Assembly: GCA_035577785.1 (NCBI GenBank)
Contig: DATLUZ010000052.1
Location: forward strand, 1,380-65,379
Direction of reading: 5' to 3'
Length of the DNA stretch: 64,000 nucleotides
DNA from: Burkholderiales bacterium
Lineage (GTDB): Bacteria; Pseudomonadota; Gammaproteobacteria; Burkholderiales; SG8-39
Shown: positions 53,247-61,231 of the stretch, piece after piece
Position numbering within the stretch: position 1 is the stretch's first letter
How the letters are laid out: each line of letters starts with the position of its first letter
Program-made: the position numbers and the translations under genes
The notes under the pieces: generated by a model
The model's database searches: none
Told to the model about the DNA's origin: nothing
Seen by the model: the letters and a program-made list of their open reading frames with translations, nothing else

Positions 53247-55312
53247 ACACGCGCCTGCAGGACGCATCCAGGCTCGCCCAGGCCGGACGGTTCGCCGACG
53301 CGGCGCGGCTTTATAACGAGTTTTTGGAAACAAACCCGGATCACGCGGAGGCGCTGCATTTCCTCGGCATTTGCCTCGTCCGCAGCGGCCAGCGCGACGA
53401 AGGCATGCCCCTCATCGAGCGCTCCGTCGGCCTCGCACCGCGCAACAGCCTCTACCGGCAGAATTTCGGCCTGATGCTGGCCGAAGCCGGGAAGCTCTCC
53501 GCCGCCGAAGCCCAGTTCGGCGCAATTCTCCAATCCGAAAAGGACAACGCGACGGCGCACAACTATCTCGGCACGGTGCGCCAGCGGCTCGGCCGGATGG
53601 ACGAGGCGATCGCCTCCTACGAGGAGGCGCTGCGCCTGAGGCCAGGGGACGCCGCGGCTGCCAACAATCTCGGCTACTGCCTGCTCGAGCGCGGCGAGCT
53701 CGAACGCGCGCTGCCCTGGCTGCGTAGGTCGATCGCCGCCGACGCGACGAGCCCCATGGCGCACAGCAACCTCGGCAACGCCTTGCGCGAGATGGGCGAC
53801 CCGCGCGGCGCCGCGGAGTGCTACCGGCGCGCGCTCTCGCTCGCGCCACGGTTCGCCAACGCGCACCACAACCTCGCGCTCACGCTGCGCGACCTCGGCG
53901 ATCCGGCGGCCGCGCTTGACGCGGCGCGTGCCGCCGTGCGTTGCGATCCCGGGCACCGCGCCGCGTGGCAGCTGTTCGCGGAAATCATGGGTGGGATGCG
54001 CTTTGCGCAATGGGACGCGGAGCTCGCCGCCGACTGCGAGCGGCTCTTCTCCCAGGCAGAAGTCGACGTGCAGCCCTGCGCGGAGGCAATCCTTAGCCTC
54101 GCGCGCACCGGTCCGCGCGGAAATTTGTTCCTGCTCCTGCTCGAGTACGCGCTCGTCGCCGACGAGGCCTTCGAGCGCGAGATGACCGCGCTGCGCCGTG
54201 AGACGCTCGAGACGCCGTCGCTTGAGCTGTGCTGCGCGCTCGCACAGCAATGCTTCCTCAATCAATACGTTTGGGGCGAGACCGAAGCGGAGGCGGCGCG
54301 CGTCGCCGCTCTCGAGCGCGCGGCAAGCACGCCGCTCGAACTCGCCGCGCTCGCCATGTACCGCCCGCCGCAAGGGCATGAGAAGCCTGCGGGCGGGGGC
54401 GACGCGTTCGAGCGCATGTGGCGGCGGCTCGTGGAGGAGCCCGCGATCGAGCGTGCGCTGAGTGTCGAACCGCTCACCCCGGTGAGCGACGAGGTGTCGC
54501 GCCGCGTGCAAGCCCAGTACGAAACGAATCCGTACCCGCGCTGGCAGCGCGCGCCGGTGCCGGGCGCCTTTCCGCTGCCGCGCATGCTGCGCTCCCTTTT
54601 TCCGCACGCGGACCCCGCCAAGCTCGCGGCGCCGGATGCGCCCGACATCCTCATCGCCGGCTGCGGCACGGGTCGCCATGCCGCCGTCACCGCGCAGCTC
54701 CAGCCGCACGGCCGGGTGCTCGCGGTCGATATCAGCCGCGCGAGCCTCGCCTACGCGATGCGCCGCTGCACCGAGCTTGGGCTCGGCAACCTGCGCTTTG
54801 CCCAAGCCGACCTCCTCGAGCTTGGCACGCTCGAGGAACGCTTCGATCTCATCGAGTGCAGCGGCGTGCTTCACCACCTGCGCGAGCCGCTCGAGGGCTG
54901 GCGCGTGCTCCTATCGCTCGTCAGGCGCGGCGGATTCATGAAGCTCGGCCTGTATTCGGAAGCAGCCCGCAGGCACGTCGTAGCCGCGCGCGAAATCGTT
55001 AAAGGATTGTCGGTCACCGAGGCGCGTTGGCGCCTGTTCGAGCTTCCGGCGAGCCACCCCGCGCGCGCGGTCACCGCGCTGCGCGATTTCTACAGTGCCT
55101 CGGGCGCGCGCGATCTCGTCCTGCACGTGCAGGAGCATCGCTTCACGATTCCGCAGCTCGCCTCGGCGATCGCCGAGCTTGGCGTCGAGTTCCTCGGCTT
55201 CGAGCTCCCGGGGCTCAGGCTCTGCCTGTCGCTCGAGCAGTGGGACGCCTACGAGAGCGCGAACCCCGACACCTTCGCCTCGATGTACCAGTTCTGGATC
55301 AGGAAGCCCTGA
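53234..55312 (+). CDS. TPR-repeat protein with C-terminal class I SAM-dependent methyltransferase domain
   Basis: About 6 N-terminal TPR units. Motif I DILIAGCGTGRH and a downstream FDLIECSGVLHHL block in the C-terminal third. Confidence 0.8.
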   Translation: MAFLNTRLQDASRLAQAGRFADAARLYNEFLETNPDHAEALHFLGICLVRSGQRDEGMPLIERSVGLAPRNSLYRQNFGLMLAEAGKLSAAEAQFGAILQSEKDNATAHNYLGTVRQRLGRMDEAIASYEEALRLRPGDAAAANNLGYCLLERGELERALPWLRRSIAADATSPMAHSNLGNALREMGDPRGAAECYRRALSLAPRFANAHHNLALTLRDLGDPAAALDAARAAVRCDPGHRAAWQLFAEIMGGMRFAQWDAELAADCERLFSQAEVDVQPCAEAILSLARTGPRGNLFLLLLEYALVADEAFEREMTALRRETLETPSLELCCALAQQCFLNQYVWGETEAEAARVAALERAASTPLELAALAMYRPPQGHEKPAGGGDAFERMWRRLVEEPAIERALSVEPLTPVSDEVSRRVQAQYETNPYPRWQRAPVPGAFPLPRMLRSLFPHADPAKLAAPDAPDILIAGCGTGRHAAVTAQLQPHGRVLAVDISRASLAYAMRRCTELGLGNLRFAQADLLELGTLEERFDLIECSGVLHHLREPLEGWRVLLSLVRRGGFMKLGLYSEAARRHVVAAREIVKGLSVTEARWRLFELPASHPARAVTALRDFYSASGARDLVLHVQEHRFTIPQLASAIAELGVEFLGFELPGLRLCLSLEQWDAYESANPDTFASMYQFWIRKP

Positions 55313-55321
55313 GGAGATGCT

Positions 55322-55687
55322 ATGAAGGAATGGAACACCGGCCTGATGGCCCATCTGGGAATGCGCTTCGTGGAGGTGGGGCCCGACAAGGTGGTCGCGG
55401 AGCTCGAGGTGCGCGCCGAGCTCGCCACCGTCGGCGGCGCGCTCCACGGCGGCACGCTGATGGCGCTCGCCGACAGCGTGGGCGCGGCGGGAACCGCGGC
55501 GATGGGGCTGCGCACCGCGACGCTCGAGTCGAAGACCAACTTCTTCGCCGCCGCGCTGCAGGGGACCATCCGCGCGGAGTCCATGGCGCTCCACAAGGGC
55601 AAGCGCACGCACGTGTGGCAGACGCGGGTCACGGACCAGGCCGGGCGGCTGCTCTCGCTCACGATCCAGACCCAGATGATCCTGTGA
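55322..55687 (+). CDS. PaaI-family hotdog-fold thioesterase
   Basis: RBS GAGGAG. HGGTLMALADSVGA motif and 121-aa size typical of PaaI/YdiI-type thioesterases. Confidence 0.85.
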   Translation: MKEWNTGLMAHLGMRFVEVGPDKVVAELEVRAELATVGGALHGGTLMALADSVGAAGTAAMGLRTATLESKTNFFAAALQGTIRAESMALHKGKRTHVWQTRVTDQAGRLLSLTIQTQMIL

Positions 55688-56553
55688 ACGGCGTCGCCGC
55701 CGCGGTGGTCTCGAGCGCGCTCGGCGGCTCGGCCGCGGCGCTCACGCGCTACGCGATCGGCGCTTCCGACCCGGTGACACTTGCGGCGTTCCGCTTCGGC
55801 ATCGGCTTCCTGCTGATCCTGCCGCTCGCGCTCGCGGCCGGAGCCAAATTTCCGCAGGGGAACGACCGGCTTGCGGTCGCCGGCCTGGGAATTCTCTTCT
55901 TCGCCGTGTTCTTTTTTGCCTACAACATCGCGATGAGCCTGACGAGCGCCGCGCGCGGCTCGCTCGCGCTGTCGGTGCTGCCGCTCACCACGATGCTCGC
56001 CGCGGCGCTCCTGCGCCGTGAGGAGCTCACGCGGCGCAAGACCCTCGGCGTGCTGATCGCCATCGCCGGCGTCGCCATCGCGCTCTCCGCGGGCCTCGCC
56101 GACGCGCCCGCGGGCGCATGGCGAGGCGACCTCATCATGGCGGCGGCGACGGTCTGCATGGCGCTCTATAACGTGTGGTCGCGGCCGCTGATGGCGCGCT
56201 CGAGCATGCTCGGGTTCCTGGCCGCCGGCATGGGTTGCGGTGCGGCTGCAAGCGTTTTGCTCGCGTGGGTTTCAGGCGGCCTGGCGGCGACCCGTGCATT
56301 CGCTCCGCCGCAGTGGCTCGCGGTGCTCTGTCTCGGCGTCTTCGGCGGCGCCGCGGCGTTCTATCTCTGGGTCTACGCGCTCGAGCGCACCACGCCGACA
56401 CGCGTCGCCAACACCATGACGGTCAACCCGGTCGCCGCGTCGCTCCTCGCCGCGGTGCTCATTGGCGAGCCGCTCGGAGTCCATCTTCTTTTCGGCGTTG
56501 TCGCGGTCGCAGCCGGGATCTGGCTCGCTTCGTCAACACCCGTTGCGCGATAG
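55684..56553 (+). CDS. DMT-superfamily (EamA-like) transporter
   Basis: GTGA overlap with the thioesterase stop. About 10 TM segments in two EamA-like halves. Confidence 0.8.
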   Translation: MNGVAAAVVSSALGGSAAALTRYAIGASDPVTLAAFRFGIGFLLILPLALAAGAKFPQGNDRLAVAGLGILFFAVFFFAYNIAMSLTSAARGSLALSVLPLTTMLAAALLRREELTRRKTLGVLIAIAGVAIALSAGLADAPAGAWRGDLIMAAATVCMALYNVWSRPLMARSSMLGFLAAGMGCGAAASVLLAWVSGGLAATRAFAPPQWLAVLCLGVFGGAAAFYLWVYALERTTPTRVANTMTVNPVAASLLAAVLIGEPLGVHLLFGVVAVAAGIWLASSTPVAR

Positions 56554-56566
56554 ACTGGCTGGGTAG

Positions 56567-57379
56567 ATGTCTGTTGTCGATAAAGCGTTCGATGTGCAAG
56601 GCCACCGCGGCGCGCGCGGCCACGCCCCGGAAAACACGCTGCCCGGCTTCGCGCGCGCGCTCGAGCTCGGCGTGAGCACCTTCGAGCTCGACGTCGGCGT
56701 GAGCCGCGACGGCGTAGTCGTGATCCACCACGACCGCCGGCTCAATCCCGACGTGGCGCGCGGCCCGGACGGCCGCTGGGTCGCCGCGCCCGCGCCGCTC
56801 ATCCGCGAGCTCGACTTCGACGAGCTGCAGCGCTACGACGTCGGCCGCATCCAGCCGGGCTCGGAGTACGCGCGGCGCTTCCCGCGGCAGCAGCCGGTCG
56901 ATGGCGCCCGGATCCCCGCATTGGCCGAGCTTCTGGAGCGCCATCGCTCCGCGAGCGTACGGTTCAACATCGAGCTGAAACTGCTTCCCGATGCGGCCGA
57001 CGAGACTTTGCCGCCAGAGCCTTTCGCCGCGGCGGTCGTGGCAGTGCTGCGAAGCGCCCGCATGGAAGGGCGCTGCACGCTGCAAAGCTTCGACTGGCGC
57101 GTGGTCAAGATCATCGAACGCGAGGCCCCCGAGCTCGCCACCGCCTACCTGACGGAGCGGGAAGATTCGGACCCGAGCAAGGTTGCCGCCGCTGGCGCGC
57201 GCACCTGGTCGCCGGATTTCAGCGCGCTCGACCCTGCGAGGGCCGCGGCAGCGCGCGGATTCGGGCTGAGGCTGATTCCCTGGACCGTGAACGAGCCCGC
57301 GGACATCCGGCGCATGCTCGAGCTGGGAGTGGACGGGCTGATCAGCGACTATCCTGACAGGGTCATGCAGGCCCTCTAG
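56567..57379 (+). CDS. glycerophosphodiester phosphodiesterase
   Basis: QGHRGARGHAPENT and ELDVGVSRDGVVVIHHD motifs of the GDPD family. Confidence 0.88.
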   Translation: MSVVDKAFDVQGHRGARGHAPENTLPGFARALELGVSTFELDVGVSRDGVVVIHHDRRLNPDVARGPDGRWVAAPAPLIRELDFDELQRYDVGRIQPGSEYARRFPRQQPVDGARIPALAELLERHRSASVRFNIELKLLPDAADETLPPEPFAAAVVAVLRSARMEGRCTLQSFDWRVVKIIEREAPELATAYLTEREDSDPSKVAAAGARTWSPDFSALDPARAAAARGFGLRLIPWTVNEPADIRRMLELGVDGLISDYPDRVMQAL

Positions 57380-57412
57380 TTTCGAAAGGGTTTCGAAAGG
57401 GATTCGAAAGCG
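57380..57412. repeat. three tandem 11-bp units TTTCGAAAGGG (third ATTCGAAAGCG), each containing the palindrome TTCGAA
   Basis: Read directly. Starts 1 nt after the GDPD stop and ends 39 nt before the rhomboid start. Confidence 0.8.
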
Positions 57413-57451
57413 ATCACCGTGACGATTGCGCCCACGGTATCCTGAGCCCGG

Positions 57452-58039
57452 ATGCCGCCGGTCACACTCAACCTGATCATCGCCAACGTGGCGGTGTTCC
57501 TTCTGGAGAGCGCGGGCACCCTTTCGCCCGAGGGCATGCTCGCGCTGTGGCCTCCGGTCTCCGGACCGTTCGGGTCCAACTTCGAGCTCTGGCAGCTAAT
57601 CACCTACAGCTTCCTCCACGGGAACACCGCGCACATTTTCTTCAACATGTTCGCGCTGTACATGTTCGGGTCGGATGTCGAGCGCCTGTTCGGAGCGCGC
57701 TTCTACGCCGCGTACTATTTCGTGAGCGTTTTCGCGGCGGCGATCTGCCACCTCGTGGTCACTACCTGGATGGGCGCGGATCCAGTCCCGACGGTGGGCG
57801 CCTCCGGCGGCATCTACGGGGTGCTGCTCGCCTATGGGCTTTACTTTCCTCACCGGCAGGTGATGCTGCTCATCCCTCCCATCCCGATGAGCGCGCGCAC
57901 GCTCGTGGTCGTGTACGCGGTGCTCGAGCTGGTGCTCGGCGTCACGGGAACCGCCGCCGGGGTCGCGCACTTCGCGCACCTCGGCGGCATGCTGGGTGGC
58001 TATCTCATGATTCGCTATCGCCGCGGATTCAGGAATTAG
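57452..58039 (+). CDS. rhomboid-family intramembrane serine protease
   Basis: Six TM segments. Catalytic GASGGIYG and HFAHLGG motifs, plus HGNTAHIFFNM. Confidence 0.88.
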   Translation: MPPVTLNLIIANVAVFLLESAGTLSPEGMLALWPPVSGPFGSNFELWQLITYSFLHGNTAHIFFNMFALYMFGSDVERLFGARFYAAYYFVSVFAAAICHLVVTTWMGADPVPTVGASGGIYGVLLAYGLYFPHRQVMLLIPPIPMSARTLVVVYAVLELVLGVTGTAAGVAHFAHLGGMLGGYLMIRYRRGFRN

Positions 58040-58054
58040 ATTCGGGAACTCGAC

Positions 58055-59011
58055 ATGGAAAACCCCAAAGTCATCGCCCTTGAAGAGCATTACTACGACC
58101 CCGAGGTCGCGAAGCACTTCCAGCAGGGAGGACCCGAGCAGCGGCTCCCCGACCTGCGCAACCGCCTCCTCGACGTGGGCGGGGGGCGCATTCGCGAGAT
58201 GGACGAAGCCGGCATCGACGTGCAGGTGCTCTCGCACGCGGCGCCGGCGACGCAGCGCATGGACGCCGAAACCGCGGTGCCGCTGGCGCGCCAGGCGAAC
58301 GACCGCCTGCTCGAGACCATTCGCGCGTCGAACGGACGCTTCGAGGGCTTCGCCGCGCTGCCGACCGCCGATCCGGCGCGCGCCGCGGACGAGCTCGAGC
58401 GCACGGTGCGCCTGGGATTCAAGGGCGCGATGATCCACGGCCTCGCGAACGGCCAGTGGCTCGACGACAAGCGCTTCTGGCCGATCTTCGAGCGCGCGCA
58501 GGCGCTCGACGTTCCCGTGTACATGCATCCGGCGATTCCGCATCCCGCGGTCGCGGAGGTCTATTACAAGGATTACCTGAAGCAATATCCCGCGCTCCTC
58601 ACCGCGGCCTGGGGCTTCGGCGTCGAGACCGCGACGCAGGCGATCCGCATGGTGCTGTCGGGCATGTTCGAAGCCTATCCGCGGCTGAAGATCATCCTCG
58701 GGCACCTGGGCGAGGGGCTGCCGTTCTCGCTCTGGCGCATCGACATGGCCCTCGGGCGCCAGAGCAACCGCGGCTCGTCCTTCCGCGACATTTTCCGCGA
58801 CCACTTCTGGATCACTACCAGCGGCAATTTCTCGACCGCGGCGCTGCTGTGCTCGGTGCTCGAGATGGGCGCGGACCGGATCCTGTTCTCGGTGGACTAC
58901 CCTTTCGTGCTCAACCCGCCGGGCGTCAGGTGGATGCAGGACATCCCGTTCGGCCCGGAGGACCGCGCGAAAATCTACGGCGGCAACGCGCGGCGCCTGC
59001 TCCGGATGTAG
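58055..59011 (+). CDS. amidohydrolase-2 (ACMSD-like) family metal-dependent hydrolase/decarboxylase
   Basis: IALEEHY start, VYMHP, GHLGE and FSVDYPF blocks typical of the Amidohydro_2 family. Confidence 0.85.
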   Translation: MENPKVIALEEHYYDPEVAKHFQQGGPEQRLPDLRNRLLDVGGGRIREMDEAGIDVQVLSHAAPATQRMDAETAVPLARQANDRLLETIRASNGRFEGFAALPTADPARAADELERTVRLGFKGAMIHGLANGQWLDDKRFWPIFERAQALDVPVYMHPAIPHPAVAEVYYKDYLKQYPALLTAAWGFGVETATQAIRMVLSGMFEAYPRLKIILGHLGEGLPFSLWRIDMALGRQSNRGSSFRDIFRDHFWITTSGNFSTAALLCSVLEMGADRILFSVDYPFVLNPPGVRWMQDIPFGPEDRAKIYGGNARRLLRM

Positions 59012-59071
59012 CGTCGGGAATAGACTTTGCGACACCGACGTTTGCAGGTCAGTCCGCGAAAGGATCCACTC

Positions 59072-60211
59072 ATGCTCAGACCCCTCCATGCCGCCATCGC
59101 CGCCCTCGCCCTTAGCCCGGCAGCCCTCGCTCAAACGACGAACACTTCCGGCAGTGCGACGTTCTCCCCGTCGACGCAGCAGGTACAGTTCGTCGCCCCC
59201 CAGCTCATTCCGTTCGCCGGCTCGACCGGCAACTTCGAGAGCCTCGTGTCCGGCCTCACTAGCGGGACAGCGGTGACGCTCGCCACCGTAGGCGCCGACG
59301 GCTCCCTGCAGATCGTAACCTTCACGCCGTCGAAGGCGGTACCGGCGGGCGACGCAGCGCGCCTGCTCGAAACGGCGCGCCAGAACTTGATCGCGCGCGG
59401 CGTCGCCGCACCGACCGGCGCCCAGATCGCGGCTTCGCTGATGGGGGGAACCATCACCACGGTTTCCGGCACGAGCACGCTCACCGGCGTGCTCACCGGG
59501 ACGAGCAGCTCTCCTACGCCGGTCCTGGTGAGCACCAATGCCGCCGCGCTCCAGACCGGCGCGGCGAACTCGAACCTCTCTCCGGCGCAGCTCGCCGCCG
59601 TGCGCAATGCCCTCGCCACTGGGACGGCCGTCACGCTCACCACGGCGGGTAAACAGAACGTCGTGTTCTCCCCCAGCGGAGCGCGCCTGAGCGACCTCGA
59701 GGTGAACCAGGCGCTGCAGCTCGCCGGCACGTTGCTCGCCCAGCAGGGCGTGCTCAATCCAACCCCTGACCAGCTCCGCGCGGCGCTCTTCGGCGGCACG
59801 ATCGTCGGCGCGAATGGCGCCGTATTCCCCGTTCAGGGCGTGCTGCAGGGCCAGGTGCGCAACACGAGCAGCAGCAGCGCAGGCATTACGAGTGCCTCGC
59901 CGTCGACCAACAGCAGCGACTCGTCGGTCGCCGGCACCAGCAACTCGACGCTGACCGGGACCAGCAACTCGACGGTGAGCGGCACCAGCAACTCGACAGT
60001 GGGAACCAGCAACTCGACGCTGGGAACCAGCAACTCGTCCATTGCCGGGACCAGCAACTCGTCGTCGGCCGCTACGAGCAGCTCGTCCAACACCGCGACC
60101 AGCAACTCGTCCAGCGCCGGCACCAGCAATTCGCCTGGTGTCGCAAGCCCGGGCGCGTCCTCGTCCGGCGGCACGACGATGGGAGCGGTCGTGCCGCGCG
60201 GGCGCCGGTAA
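59072..60211 (+). CDS. secreted Ala/Thr/Ser/Gly-rich protein with an internally duplicated domain and a C-terminal GTSNS(T/S) tandem repeat
   Basis: Signal peptide MLRPLHAAIAALALSPAALA. Two homologous segments of about 95 aa (SGTAVTLATVG... and TGTAVTLTTAG...). About 8 repeats of G-T-S-N-S-T/S. No family recognised. Confidence 0.7.
   Translation: MLRPLHAAIAALALSPAALAQTTNTSGSATFSPSTQQVQFVAPQLIPFAGSTGNFESLVSGLTSGTAVTLATVGADGSLQIVTFTPSKAVPAGDAARLLETARQNLIARGVAAPTGAQIAASLMGGTITTVSGTSTLTGVLTGTSSSPTPVLVSTNAAALQTGAANSNLSPAQLAAVRNALATGTAVTLTTAGKQNVVFSPSGARLSDLEVNQALQLAGTLLAQQGVLNPTPDQLRAALFGGTIVGANGAVFPVQGVLQGQVRNTSSSSAGITSASPSTNSSDSSVAGTSNSTLTGTSNSTVSGTSNSTVGTSNSTLGTSNSSIAGTSNSSSAATSSSSNTATSNSSSAGTSNSPGVASPGASSSGGTTMGAVVPRGRR
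59936..60133 (+). repeat. imperfect 21/24-bp coding tandem repeat (core ACCAGCAACTCG, 8 copies)
   Basis: GG(C/G/A)ACCAGCAACTCG(A/T)C... recurs in frame and encodes G-T-S-N-S-T/S units near the C-terminus of the secreted protein. Confidence 0.85.
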
Positions 60212-60235
60212 GACGGCGGCCCCAGGGGAGGCTTC

Positions 60236-61183
60236 GTGCTGCTGCGCGTCCTGCTCCTTTCGCTTGCCTGCGGTTCGGTTTTTGCGCAGGCGTTTCCCGT
60301 CAAGCCGATACGCGTCGTGGTCGGCTATCCGCCGGGCGGCTCGGGCGATTTCACGACGCGTCTCGTCGCCGACGAGATGGCGAAGGAACTCGGTGTCGCG
60401 GTGATCGCCGACAACCGCCCGGGCGCGGGCGGCAACATCGCCGCCGAAATCGTGGCCAAGGCGCCCGCCGACGGCTACACGCTGCTCAACGCCTGGCATC
60501 ACGCGATCAACATCGCGCTCTACAAGAGCGCGAATTACCAGGAGAAGGATTTCGCCGCGGTGTGCCGGGTCGCAACCGGCGCCACCGTGCTGGTGGTGAA
60601 CAACAGCCAGCCGTTCGACAACCTGCGCGAGCTCATCGACTACGCGCGGCGGAACCCGGGGAAGCTCTTCAACGCGTCTGCAGGCTTCGGCTCCGCGCCG
60701 CAGCTCGCGGCAGTCCTGTTCGAGTCGGTCGCCGGCGTGAAGCTCACTTCGGTGCAGTACAAGGGCGGCGGCCCGGCCGCGCAGTCGCTGCTCGCCGGCG
60801 ATACCCAGGTGATGTTCGCGACCTCGCCCACGGTGATGGGCTTCATCCGCGCCGGACGCATGAAGCCGCTCGCGATCTCCATGCGCCATGCGTCACCCGC
60901 CATTCCCGGTATCCCGGGCGCCGAGGAGGCCGGCCTGCCCGGATACCATTACACGTTCTGGTTCGGCCTCTATGCGCCGGCCGGCACTCCCGCGCCGGTC
61001 GTGCGCAGGCTGCACGAAGCCGCTGCGAGGGGCCTGGCAAAACAGGAGGTCCGGGAAAAAATTGCAGCTCAGGGGATGGACGCGACGCCATCGGCCTCGC
61101 CGGACGCGTTCGAGGCCGAGCTGCGCGCGGAGGCGCCGATGTGGCGGGACCTGGTGCGCGAGTCCGGAGCGAAGATCGAGTAA
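60236..61183 (+). CDS. Bug-family (TctC-like) substrate-binding protein
   Basis: RBS AGGGGAGG before GTG 60236. Signal peptide, then FPVKPIRVVVGYPPGGSGD...ADNRPGAGG. Confidence 0.9.
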   Translation: MLLRVLLLSLACGSVFAQAFPVKPIRVVVGYPPGGSGDFTTRLVADEMAKELGVAVIADNRPGAGGNIAAEIVAKAPADGYTLLNAWHHAINIALYKSANYQEKDFAAVCRVATGATVLVVNNSQPFDNLRELIDYARRNPGKLFNASAGFGSAPQLAAVLFESVAGVKLTSVQYKGGGPAAQSLLAGDTQVMFATSPTVMGFIRAGRMKPLAISMRHASPAIPGIPGAEEAGLPGYHYTFWFGLYAPAGTPAPVVRRLHEAAARGLAKQEVREKIAAQGMDATPSASPDAFEAELRAEAPMWRDLVRESGAKIE

Positions 61184-61231
61184 AGCGAGCGTTGCGAATT
61201 CAGGCATAAAGTTTGCAAGCTGACCCGACGT

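Noticed and set aside
59936-60133. Regularly spaced DNA repeats as a possible CRISPR array
   Set aside because: Units are 21-24 bp with no unique spacers, are in frame within a coding sequence, and encode G-T-S-N-S-T/S. No cas genes are present. The arrays at 7159, 39121 and 57380 are likewise contiguous short tandem repeats, not repeat-spacer structures.
57596-60889. 1097-aa minus-strand ORF, the longest in the table
   Set aside because: It runs antisense across four well-supported plus-strand genes (rhomboid, amidohydrolase, secreted repeat protein, Bug SBP). It is Arg/Ala/Gly-rich with no motifs, so it is a GC-driven shadow ORF.
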